Shown: one piece after another, positions 50,351 to 62,015 of the stretch
Layout: the number at the start of each line of letters is the position of its first letter
Position numbering within the stretch: the stretch's first letter is position 1
Assembly: GCA_030390025.1 (NCBI GenBank)
Contig: CM059431.1
Span: 130,078,001 to 130,142,000 of the forward strand
Reading direction: 5' to 3'
Origin: Squalus acanthias
Lineage: Eukaryota
DNA length: 64,000 nucleotides
Notes under the pieces: model-generated
Database searches by the model: none
Seen by the model: only the letters and a program-made list of their open reading frames with translations
Told to the model about the DNA's origin: nothing
Position numbers and translations under genes: made by a program

Positions 50351-51043
50351 AAACTTTCATGATCTGCAAAGTGCCCTCGGTCTTGACTCCCCATGTTAAA
50401 TGCCACAGAAGATTGACTCGATGTTATAAAATATCCCCTGAATCACCATGCTAACCACCACAGGAGATTTTATAGCATTTATTTTAAGTTTTGAACACCT
50501 AGTTAATGTTTCGCAACTAGTTTTTTTTAGTACCAAGTGATTTTGGTGCCAGGGTCATTTAGCCTATTGAAAGCTTTAGCCTATTGAAAGCAAAAAAAAA
50601 TGTCCTCAAAATTTTCACAAGCTTCAGGGAATCGTAATTTCACAAAGGATCAACAAGTTCAATTGATTTGAAAAGTATTGAAATATTGCAGTTATAAGAA
50701 ATATGGGACCTGCCTTATGAGTGAACATTAAGAGACACTAATAGTTACTGCATTACATACTTTATTGTGTATCTATTGGCTATGAATGCCAGGAGTCAAA
50801 ATCACAGAATGCTGCACCCAGCCCCATGTCTTACACTAGATCAAAAGTCAGAACCCAGTATGCTTAGTCGCATGTTGTTCATTACTGTATAATGCACTGG
50901 TCAGATCACACCTTGAGTAATGGTTTGGGTTCTAGTCATGGAGATATAATGACAGCCAGGCCCAGGAAGGAGCTCTGAGAAGAGCTGTGAGACTGATCCG
51001 TAGTATCCGAGGCCTGAGTTATGACGAGAGACTGAAGAAACTA

Positions 51044-52650
51044 GGGCTAGAAATTCTTTATAGCCAAGAAATGGGTAGTGATTAGACTAAAAATGGTTAA
51101 GTAGGGCCAAGTGAAAATCGTCTAGGCTGCACGCAAAACTCATCCTCATTAAAATGATTGCAGTTATGATTCTCGTCTAAAAACCCAAGCTCATTGGCAT
51201 TACACTGAAAAGATGGACCAAAATCGGGTGTCGTCTAAACTCAAGTAATGATTGCCACCGGCTTTTTTCACTACTTAAAGGGGAGGTTCATTGATGCTGC
51301 AGCACCTCATTCTCAGCATTGTTGGGTGTGCAGCTGCCTCAACAACCATAAGAAGAAGGACAAGGAGAAGGAGCACTTATTTACAGATCCTGATGGCAGA
51401 TCGCTGCCCCAGGGAGAGAACCCCGAGGTTTTTGGATGAAGCTTTGGAGGCATTGGTTTTAGCGGTGGAGAGAAGGCGGGCGGTCCTGTACCTGCCAACT
51501 GGCAGGAGGCCCTCACCACAAGTCTGCCGGACTATGTGGCGGGAGCTGGCACACCATGTCACGGGCAGCACTGTGGTCCCCAGGACTCACACCCAGTGCA
51601 GGAAGAACTTTAACGAGCTCACAATGGTGGTCAGGGTGAGTGAAGGCTTCAACAAATACTACATACCACCATCTGTACCACAAGCTTCACACACTGCTCA
51701 ATGTACCACACCTCCAGCACTCACCCACCAACAATCTCTACCTAGCAACACCCACAACCACATTTCACACTTTGTACACAATGATAGCTATTCAACCATG
51801 GCAGGCATAAGGGTCATTAGTTATTAGAATTCATGTGATATGTTTATAGATAAATTTATTAAGTGTCTTTGGAATATTTTGTGGTCTCTCTCATTTCACC
51901 TTTTTGCCCAGGATGACGCTGTGATACACCATGAGACAGGGATTGTATGATGGGGATGTGGTGAGCTACAGGGATCTGGGGTTTCATTCATGTGAATCAG
52001 TGTCTGATGAGCCGATTACAGACAGCCCGTCCGGAAGGCCGATTGTCTTGCTGCCTCCGTCCTCCCTGCTGTTCCTCTTCCTCCTCCTCTTCATTGTCCT
52101 CCTCGTACTCTTCCTCCTCACCCTCCTCTGCCTTGTCGTCCTCCTGAGTTAATCTCGCAGCCCCAGGACTGTGAAGAAGTGTTGTGAGCAGAAGCCTTTA
52201 ACAAATAATGGGTGACTTCTGCACTTGAATCAACGCTCCCTGTCGCCAAAAAAACTTGAAATAACTAAAGAAAGCTGTTTCAGTTGCAGGAAGTAGCAAA
52301 CCGACACTGAAACTGCAGAACCATGTTAGTTGCAGCTGATTGGGGATGGTGGCTCTTAATATCGCTGCTGCAGCCTGCTTCCTGCTGGTAGTCGCCAGCT
52401 CTCCCTGTCGTTGTTCTGTGCTGTCGTTAAGGTAAGTGACTATAACGAAGTTGGGAAATCGGACATCCAGTGAGCGTTGCACACTCACTGATGTCACGAG
52501 CTCCATGATGGCGAGATCTCTGGCGATCAAGTTTACCGGCAGCGCTACCGGCAACACCGATAATGGCGTGTGGTGCTGGAACCGTCAACGGCATTTTAGC
52601 GCCATCTTGTAGCGCTAATGTGTGGTGCAAACCACACAAATTTCTAGCCC
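51044..52650 (+). mobile_element. Internally deleted Harbinger element
   Basis: TIRs gggctagaaatt / aatttctagccc with flanks cta / ata. Open Myb/SANT exon at 51393-51635 (+). Transposase acidic C-terminus (...GRAVCNRLIRH) on - at ~51990-52145. Confidence 0.82.
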
Positions 52651-52926
52651 ATAGGCTTTTAGCCTTGAAAGAAGCTATCACAGAGGTAAATGTTATAGAA
52701 TGTCTCTAAACTGAAGCATGAGAATAAGAGGACACAGGTTTAATCCAATAAATGGCAAATTTAGAACTGATGTCAGGAAGTGCTTCTCACACAGTGATTG
52801 ACACATGGAATGGAGCTTCCAAGTAGAGTGAAGGGAAAACCCTGAAATTGTGTCAGGAATAAATGGATGTTGCGATAAGACAACTGTAGGATTTTGTCTA
52901 GAAGAATGAGCTGAGATGGGCTGAAT

Positions 52927-55292
52927 TGAAGGGATAATTACAAGTCCTAGCCCTTTTGGACTACCCCAGATCAGGCGTATTCCCCAGACGTTTACCCTCT
53001 ACTAAAGTTAGCAGTAGCCGGATCCCATAAGACGCTTAATTGGGTCTAAAGGTCAGACTACCTCTCCCTAAAGGAAAGAAACGGTCTAAAGATGTTACCG
53101 TGCTCCAGATAGTACTTTTAATAAGTTTAACTAGACTGTAACCTTCCGGATATTATAAGGGTCCGGAATACCCCCCAGAATTCTGCAACTCCTTTGAGTG
53201 TACAGAAATTGAGTTTGCAAGATGATACAGAAATGCTCTTTTGAGACTATTCTAAAAATATATAGATTTATTACCGAACCGACATTCAGTTTAACATTAT
53301 GGCAATCGCAACTTTAATCGTTCAAAATACAAATAGCTTACATTCTTATTCTCAGAGATCCTTATTCTCAAATCTTAACTTCATTACATTTCCACATTTC
53401 TACTTATTTCTTAATCCAGAATATCCACCAAAATCAAATAAGAGTACCTTGATCCCCGAGACTCAAAAGTTAAAAACTTACAGAGAATGTCTGTTAAGTT
53501 GAGAAACGCTTGACTTCTCAGCGACTTCTGACTTTTCTGTCTGAAAAGCTTTATTTTTATATCTTTTCTTAGGTGGCTTATTCTTTGAAGTTTTCGTGTT
53601 TGTGTAAGCTTAATTGTATTAAGTCTTTCTTTGCTGACTTTGTTCTATCCTTTATTGTCATTTCAGCTGTCAGCTTTTAGACTTGTGTCCTGTTTAGGTG
53701 TTTCCAAAACCATCATAAACACAATGACAGCAATGGTTTCTGTTTGATGCAATTCTTATCGAAGTCTTTCTATTGAATTTCTAATACTACTTTAACTGGT
53801 TATTAGACGTTGTGACTCCGTGGTATTCTAAGAACAATGTAATTGCTTGGTGCATCCATTGAAGTAATGGGCCGAAAATTGATCCCGGGACGCGAGAGTA
53901 CGCACTGCATACTCTCGCGTATTCCCACTCCAATTGCCGGTTTTCTGCATGCCCTGCGCATGCGCTGAAAACCGGCAATTGCTCTTCCGAAAAGGGGGCG
54001 GGGCCTGGGTGCATCGCGTGCGCGCTACAGGCTGCGCGCACGCTGTGCACTTCATGCTTTGGACGCGCAGGTAAGTAGGGAAGATTTTGGAAATGTAAAA
54101 AGGAGGAGTAAGACCCGCTTTTAAGAAGGTAAGTAGTGAATTAAGTATTTTTTTGAATTTTTTTTTACAGGTATATCTTTTTTATAGACTTTAAAGACAG
54201 GCAAGTTTATTTTTATAACTTTTTAAAAATTTTTAAATTTTTTCAAAAATTTAATTTTTTATTTAAAATGGTTAATTTAATTAACTATACTTATTTTATT
54301 AATGTGATGGTTTTTTTTTTTAATTTAATTGAGGTTTAGCTGTTATTTTGGGGGGGGTGTAAGATTCATAAATTATGAATGGAAGATGGTGTGCTGCCAT
54401 TGGCTCTAACTGAGTCACGTGATCCCACAGCTCGCACGAATTCACTACGCCGCTGGGATACGCAAGCCCAGCACAGCTGATGTCTGGAACATCAAGTTCG
54501 TGCGAGCTGGATCAGAAAAAGCATAAGCGAGGTGAGACATCGCGGGGAAGGCTTACCCCCGCGGGAACAGAGCGAGATCAATTTCTGGGCCAATATTTTC
54601 AAAGTCGTCTTGTTTGTGTACTTTTTACAACTTGTAAATTAAAACCACTTCTCTAGTATCTTTATGCATTTCTAATTTACTTCAATTGGTTTTTATCAGA
54701 CCTTGGGACTCCATCTTTCAAGCTTAACATTAAAACTATTTGTTCAGCAGGCATTTCTTTTACTTGATGTCATATCTTCAAAGCCTTCTGTAGGTATTAT
54801 ATTTACAATATGTAAATTGAAAACACTTCTCTCAGTGTTTACTTGTTTTCTAGCTAGCTCAATTGGTTGCATATTTAATCGTGTTTCCTGTCTTTAAGTT
54901 TAACATAAAACTATTTTACGACAGGTATTTCTTACTTGATGTCATTCTTTTAAAGGCACTTGGTTTTTTTAATGTTCTGTGCACCTGTTCGACGTGTTAG
55001 ATTATAACACTTGAGTAATTCCATTGTTTTGATTCCAATGTCCAGACGCTCTGGAAGCAAACCTTGCTTTATCAAAAGGGCTTGTTTTAGCATTTTTAAC
55101 TAATTCCCATATCAAAGCTTGTGTTCACAGCTTTGTGTTAACAAACCATCTTATCTCATAAGCCTGTATTGTGCCTACAGCCTGTGTCGCCGAGGCTTTC
55201 AGACTTTTAAACCCAGTATGTCATTTATTAATAATTTCAGAAATCTGTTTTTAGTATCGTGTATTTTTCTGAATCCTGGCTATTCCTTCACA
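52927..55292 (-). mobile_element. Solo LTR of an endogenous retrovirus/LTR element (~1.64 kb without the nested MITE), foamy-like layout
   Basis: TG...CA termini and a 4-bp TSD GAAT interrupting a CR1 3' end. Minus-strand TATAAAA (53555-53561), GTAAGT (53476-53481) and AATAAA (53267-53272). Internal ~175-bp repeat in the U3-like part. Confidence 0.68.
53869..54591 (+). mobile_element. MITE family A copy 3 (diverged; TSD AAT)
   Basis: TIRs gggccgaaaattgatc / gatcaatttctgggcc, AAT on both flanks, colinear with 4552-5302. Confidence 0.87.
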
Positions 55293-57781
55293 GAATGGCC
55301 TTCTTCACTTTGTATTGATCTTGTTGGGCTGGCTCCTTTGCATTTAGTCAGAATAGAAGAGTGTCACAGTTTTCAAGAGACTCTTCAGTATGAGATAACC
55401 TACAACAAAAACTGTAAGAACTGTGAAATACTTGATGGCTAACACCTGAGCATACTTTGTCCAGAGTACTTTGAATACAATATTACTCCCCAGAGTCTGT
55501 CATCAGAATAATTGGTATAATTGCAACTCATTTTAGATATATTTAGCTACTCAACCAGTTGCTATTTGAAATAAATGTTGCAACATTTTGGGGGCATTGC
55601 AGCTTTAAGAAGCTGGAGAAACACAATGTCCCTGCGTTTTATTTTTTCCTAAAAATACAGTAAAATAAGAACTGTAAATATGGAAAGCACGTTTTCACAT
55701 TGTGATGAATTGATTTTTCCTGTGCCCCTATTTTCTCCAACTAAAAGCCAGAGTTCTGGAACACCGCATACTCAGTACCCACAACAGCTTCAATAATGAG
55801 GTTGTGATATGCGGTGAAGCATCTCCGATGTATATCCAAGTGAGGTAGAATAAAGTTTTCTTTTTATACAAGTAAATCTTAGTAACATTTAATAAAAATA
55901 AAACATGTGGATAAATCAGGTTTTTCTTCATTTATATTTTCCATAAACTCATCAGTTTGTAAAGGTGTTGATTTTTTAGAATTATCCCCAGTTGAAAACC
56001 TACATAAAATAATGCAGTTTTACATGTCAACTTAAAATACATATTTCATTGTTGCTCTAACTTCTTGTCCCTTGATTGGAGGCATAGTTTTCAATATGAC
56101 ATTGTGCTTTTATGGAGGCTGAGGTCTTTTCTGACATCTCGGTGCAGTACAGCTCAACATTTCTTAAAGCATGTTATCCAATTTGTATTTTACTTTTTAT
56201 ACTTTATTTCAAAATGTTTCACATTGAAAGACAATGAGTGATAAAAAGCAAAATGACTGCCTATATATCAATGCGAATGTGAGAAAATAATCTAACACCC
56301 GAACATGGTGTTAAAAGTGTTGCGTCCTTTCAATAATAAAGTTCGGAATGGTATTGTAATGCTGTCAGCCTAATTATACCTCTGGCGAATATACAGATGT
56401 ATGACTAGTGGTAAACATCAAAGTTTGGTTTGGGAGGATTTACGTTGAATAGAATGAAGCACAGCTTCCTGATATGTTGTCAGGATATGCTAAAGTTCAG
56501 ATGGTGTTATGAGAAAATGATGGACTGTGCAGTGCCTTTCATGCTGTCACTGGAATTCGACATCAAATGCCTGCTCCAGTCTACCTCTAACCAACAGTTT
56601 TTTAAGCATCAAACATGGGAACAATGAGGTATTGAGCTATATTGAGAAGTTAGGTTTCAGTGAATTACCTTTTCTCTTTACGAAATTACTGGTAAACTTT
56701 GAGTAATCACAATGTTGGATGACATAGTTATCAAGCAGATTAAATCTGAGACAACACTTTCTTGATGAGCATGTATGTAAAATTAAGAAAAGCAGCCGAA
56801 CCCTTCACTACAAACTGCCACTGTAACAAACTTTTCTTCTGATATAACTGCTCCATTATAGCCAGTGGATGAGCTCAAACCTCATTCAGACAGACTTATT
56901 TTAAGAACAACTGCTGAGCTTATCTAATTGGGTTTACAATAAGTATTTGGCTGTTAAAAAATGTATGTTTATATACATAAATAGAGAAAGTAGTATCTAA
57001 AATGTACATGCCTTCTTCCTTCATGGCCTTAATCTGTTACTCTGCCCTTGCTGGGGCCCCAACTTGACTGCAAGTAGCAAGTTCTGACAGGCATTTAGAC
57101 ATAGCGAGGTCATGGTAGGTTCACTGCTACATAGTGAACTGTAAAACTGATTGCACAAGGTACCAGACAACTGACAAAATATGTTTGATCTTGTAGCAAG
57201 GGTTAAAGCTACTGTTTACAAAAACTCAGCCAGTTACTTCAGATTAGGTTATTGCAATTTAAAACTATAATGGATGTTACTTGTTTATTGCACGGTAAGG
57301 TAAATTAAAGATAGGCGCAATTGTCTGCATAGGATGGTTGATAAATAATTCATGCTTCCATGCTCATTATTGTTAATATTGTTATGTAATGTCTTTGGGC
57401 ATGCAGCTTTACCTTATAAAATAAAATTATATTTTCAGCCAGTTCCATTTTCAGGAGAACACCATGACATAAATTGGCAAGCATCGCGCATTTAGTTATG
57501 CACCAAACATGCCTTCTAAACTTATTATTGAGTTCAACTTGTAACCAAACATATGTCTAAAAGAATTCTTAAAGGACTACCTATTGACATGAATACAATG
57601 TATACTCATTTCAAATACAGTCATTTAAAATTCTTGTTGAGTGTGGTTTATAGGGAATGTGAAAAGGCAATCTATAAGGAAGGAAAGTGGAATTCAGATT
57701 CCAGGTTCATCTCTGATGCTGTGAGGTTACATTTCTTTCAGCCTGAATATCAAATTTTGTCGAAGTATTTATTTCTAGAGA

Positions 57782-57902
57782 AGTGGGTGGTGCAGTGGCT
57801 TAGGCCCAGACTGATGGGATTATACTAACCTCTGTCTACTGGCTGTTAGGTGCTATGTGATGAGATTGGGTGGTCTCAATTCAGTACTTAGTGGGTGTGG
57901 AC
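57782..57902 (+). mobile_element. Possible LF-SINE-like fragment
   Basis: ctactggctg...ctatgtgatgagattgggtggtctcaattcagtacttagtgg resembles the LF-SINE body as I recall it. Confidence 0.4.
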
Positions 57903-58461
57903 TAAGGTTGCCAACTCTGGCTGAAGTCATACCTGAGGTTTGATCACGTGACATTCTGACGACATAACATCTGACCATCTGATGCCTGGGCACATGACAT
58001 CTGATCAGTTGACTTCTACAAATGTTGTTGATGAAGAGGCACTTGATGAATGCAAAACCCTCACGCCTCTGAAGCTTCAGTTACCCCAATTGCACTGGAT
58101 ATTAAATCCTCAGACAAGAAGAGCCAATTCCCTCGGCTCCCCTCCCCCGCCTCTTGAGACCCCTGATTGCCGAGTCTCCTCCCTACCCCCCGCCCCCCGA
58201 CGGATTCCAGACTGTCCAGCAACTCCCTCCCGACTATTCTCGATACTCCAGCCGGTCGCGGCTCTGTGCAGAGGTGGTTGAGTGATGTCACCGAGCCAGA
58301 AACTTCTCTGAGCAGCATCCGGTGACACGATGGAGCAGATGGGGGCACACTGGGGTGGGGAAATATAAAGCACTGATCTCTCGGGCTGCTGGAGGCAGCG
58401 CTCGGGAGGAACCGCCAATTCCAGGAAGCTCCTGCCAAAAGTGGGAGGGTTGGGAACCCTA
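57903..58461. mobile_element. hAT-like MITE
   Basis: TIRs taaggttgccaac / gttgggaacccta, the same type as 22373-23764. No TSD is visible because a CR1 tail abuts the right end. Confidence 0.55.
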
Positions 58462-59850
58462 TCATAGAATCATAGAAATTTATGGCACCGAAGGAGACCA
58501 TTTGGCCCATTGTATCTGCGCCAGTCGAAAAAGAGCTATCCAGCCTAATCCCACTTTCCAGCTCTTGGTCCGTAGCCTTGCAGATTACGGCACTTCAGGT
58601 GCATAGCCAACTACTTTTTAAATGCGATGAGCGTTTCTGCCTCTGCCACACTTTCAGGCAGTGCGTTCCAGACCCCCACCTCTCTCTGGGTGAAAAAATT
58701 CTCTTCAGTTCCCCTTTAATCCTTCTACTAATTATTTTAAATCTATGCCCCCTGGTTATTGACTTCTCTGCCAAGGGGAATAGGTGCTTTCTATCCACTT
58801 TATCTAGGCCCCTCATAATTTTATACACCTCAATTAAGTCTCCCCTCGGCCCAGTCTATCCAATCTTTCCTCATAGCTAAAATTCTCTAGTCCTGGCAAC
58901 ATCCTTGTAAATCTCCTCTGTACCTTCTCCAGTGCAATCACATCTTTCTTGTAATGTGGTGACCAGAACTGTACGCGGTACTCTAGCTGTGGCCTAACTA
59001 GTGTTTTATACAGTTCTAACATAACATCTCTGCTCTTACAATCTTTGCCTCGGCTAATAAAGGAAAGTAGCCCGTATGCCTTCTTAACCACCTTATCTAC
59101 CTGTCTGCTACCTTCATGGATCTGTGGACCTGCACTCCAAAGTCCCTCTGTTCCTCTACATTTCTCAGTACCCTACCATTTATTGTGTATTCCCTTGCTT
59201 TGTTAGCCCTCCCCAAATGCATTATCTCTCACTTTTCCGGATTGAATTCCATTTGCCACTTTTCTGCCCACCTGACCAGTCCATTGATATCTTCCTGCAG
59301 GCTACAGCTATCGTCCTCACTATCAATTGGTAGCACACTTGCCTGAGTCAGAAGGTTGTGGGTTCAAGTCCCACTCCAGGGGCTTGAGCACATATAACTA
59401 GGCTGACACTTCAGTGCAGTACTGAGGGAGTGCTGCACTGTCGGAGGTGCCGTCTTTCGGATGAGACGTTAAACCGAGGCCCCGTCTGCTCTCTCAGGTG
59501 GACGTGAAAGATCCCATGGCACTATTTCAAATAAGAGCAGGGGAGTTATCCCTGGTGTCCTGGCCAATATTTATCCCTCAACCAACATAACAAAAACAGA
59601 TGATCTGGAATTTAACACATTGCTGTTTGTGGGACCTTGCTGTGCACAAATTGGCTGCCGCATTTCCCACATTACAACAGTGACTCCACTTCAAAAGTAC
59701 TTAATTGACTGTAAAGCACTTTGAGATGTCCGGTGGTCATGAAAGGCGCTATATAAATGCAAGTTTTTCTTTTCAACCACACGGACAATTTTTGTATCAT
59801 CTGCAACCTGCTTAATCATGCCCCCTACATTGAAGTCTAAATCATTGATA
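58462..59850 (-). mobile_element. CR1 3' fragment interrupted by a SINE
   Basis: Tail tcatagaatcatagaa, RPQLEYRVQFWSP, and INDLD...ADDTKI at 59773-59850. Confidence 0.88.
59326..59770 (+). mobile_element. Deu-SINE-like SINE
   Basis: Highly similar to 29300-29745. Confidence 0.85.
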
Positions 59851-61007
59851 TGATCCCTAATGTGGACCAATAGCATAAAACTGTCCTTAATTGGGTACTA
59901 ATTGGCAGTGTGACGCAGACACCACATGGAAAAACATGTCACATTAGTGCAACAGATGGGTGCTCTTTTGAGTTTGGGGCAGAGTAGTGGGAGCTTCACT
60001 CTGCATGTGGCTGTGCTATACCTGACCTGACAGTACTTGATGCTGAAACTGGGTGCCTGAAATGGGAAGAGTTCCATTCTCTACCACTAATATTAGTTTT
60101 TTTTAAAAAGATACTGACACCCATGCATTCACCTTTCTCCATCTAGTAAACAATTACTATCATTGAATTAAACTGTTTGCAAGCGTTTAATTATATTATA
60201 TGGAATTATATTATCTTTGTGTAAAGTAACAAAACAAGTTGATGAAAGACATTGGAAAGAAAAATTAGAGGTCCACTGGAAATCAGTAATGTAATAGTGC
60301 ACAGGCGCAAAGGGAAGGAATTGGGATTAATAAGATAGAACTGGCATTGCTAACAAATAGGCTCAATGGATCAAACTCCTGTTCATATGTAAATTAATGT
60401 GTGTTCACATCTATTGAGTTACCAGTCTTTTCCTTGCTGCTATGGTAAGGTGCCACGCAAAAGTTGAATGCTAACAAGCAGTGGGGCGGGAAAATCCGAT
60501 TTGATAATACTTGCATTGATTCAAGTTCCTCTCTCCAGCATAATGAAATAGAGTTACAGATAAAGAGAAGAAACTTCTGCAGGCACCAACATGTAGGAAG
60601 TATTTTGATACACGTACAACTTAAAGAAATAAGCAGAGCTTCAATGAAAGTATTCTTTACTTTCTTTGAAAAGGTTGTATTTATTCAATTTCTTGGTCAT
60701 TCTGGAAAAAAAATTAACAGATCTGTTGAATCAGTCCTCAGCTAAACCAAATCGAGTACCTAAAGCTGTATGAGGAAAAAGACTGTATCCTATTGTTTAG
60801 TATTCTAGCCTCCACTGAAAGAGCTGGCAAAAGAGTTTGAAAAAGGTGTTTTCAGATGGCTTTGAATTCAGCTTCTTATCTGCTCTCCAAGTAGAACACT
60901 GTTTTACATAAAAAAAGAGGAAGGATGAAAAAATGAATAACCTCTACATTGTCAGATTGTAAAATTATTGGAACTGAATAATTTACTTATTTATCCTTTT
61001 ATTGCAG

Positions 61008-61702
61008 AGACATTTCAGAATATCATTCGCCATGCAGAGAACAACACAAAGATGCTTTTCAGAACTACATACCGGAACATGGCCTTTCAGACAGCGGCAC
61101 CAATTCGAGAACTCTTTACTGATGTTGCACTCTTTGTTTTTGGCTCGGAGATAAACGTCGATGAATTTGTTAATAGATTTTTTGATAGTCTCTTTCCGTT
61201 GGTCTATAATCATCTAATCAATCCTGCCCTCACTGACATCTCCCCGGAATTTGCAGAGTGTGTACGGATGGCAAGGAAGGACCTAAACCCATTTGCTCAT
61301 GTTCCAAAATTAATAACAAGTCAAATGTCAAAATCTTTAATGGCGAGTCATATGTTCTTGCAGGCTCTAAATTTAGGAATTGAAGTTATTAACACAACTG
61401 ATCACTTGCAGTACACCAAAGAATGCAGCAGAGCTCTGCTGAAGATGCAGTACTGTTCCCATTGCCAAGGCTTGACTGATCGTAAGCCATGCATGGGCTA
61501 TTGCCTGAATGTGATTAGAGGATGTCTTGCTAATATGGCAGAAATTGATCCACACTGGCGGGAATACATCAGGTCGCTGGAGGAACTGTCAAATGGCATT
61601 CAGGGAACTTATGATATGGAACAAGTTTTGCTGAATCTCCACTCATTAGTGAATGATGCGATTATGAATGCACAAATCAATGGGCCAAAGTTGTCAGCAA
61701 TG
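61008..61702 (+). CDS. GPC5: Glypican-5 internal coding exon (equivalent to exon 3; phase 1 start, phase 0 end)
   Basis: Acceptor ttatccttttattgcag| and donor ATG|gtgagt bound 695 bp. The translation EFVNRFFDSLFPLVYNHLINP...FLQALNLGIEVINTTD...ECSRALLKMQYCSHCQG...KPCMGYCLNV.RGCLA has the glypican Cys pattern with GPC5-type rather than GPC3-type residues. A GPC5-like paralogue cannot be excluded. Confidence 0.92.
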
Positions 61703-62015
61703 GTGAGTTTTTGCAATAAGTTTTTAGTTTTATGTGTGTCCCAAAACAGACAATATAGCTTATTTTTCTAGGGTTATGTATAATGTGACCTATATTGTAC
61801 AGCTTCATCCCAAACAATTCTCAGATCAGTCTTTTCTTTGGTTTCAACACTGTCTATTACAGAACTGAAACTAAAAACATCAAAAACTTTGCTCGCAGCG
61901 GATTTTAAATCTGTCCTTTCAATTCTAGAACCTGGTCAAATCCAGGGTCCCGGACGCGAAACAAACTGATGGAATTGTATGCGTGTTGGTTTCTCTCTTC
62001 TCTTTCTCTCTCTAT

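Larger units (their letters stand above)
50870..55325 (+). mobile_element. Old CR1 3' fragment in three pieces (50870-51043, 52651-52926, 55293-55325) hosting two insertions
   Basis: agatcacaccttgagta...gagagactgaagaaacta|...agaggacacagg...gatgggctgaat|...|gaatggccttct reconstructs a CR1 3' end. Confidence 0.65.

Noticed and set aside
49822..50352. 176-aa Pro/Ser/Leu-rich ORF
   Set aside because: Artefact of a G-poor CT-rich tract that lacks stop codons.
52921..55296. Alternative LTR boundary at 55290 with a 6-bp TSD (ctgaat/cagaat)
   Set aside because: It needs a mismatch, whereas ending at 55292 gives a perfect 4-bp TSD. It is disfavoured but not excluded.
60968..61771. 267-aa ORF as a stand-alone gene
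   Set aside because: The N-terminal 13 and C-terminal 22 residues are intronic read-through. Splice sites delimit 61008-61702.
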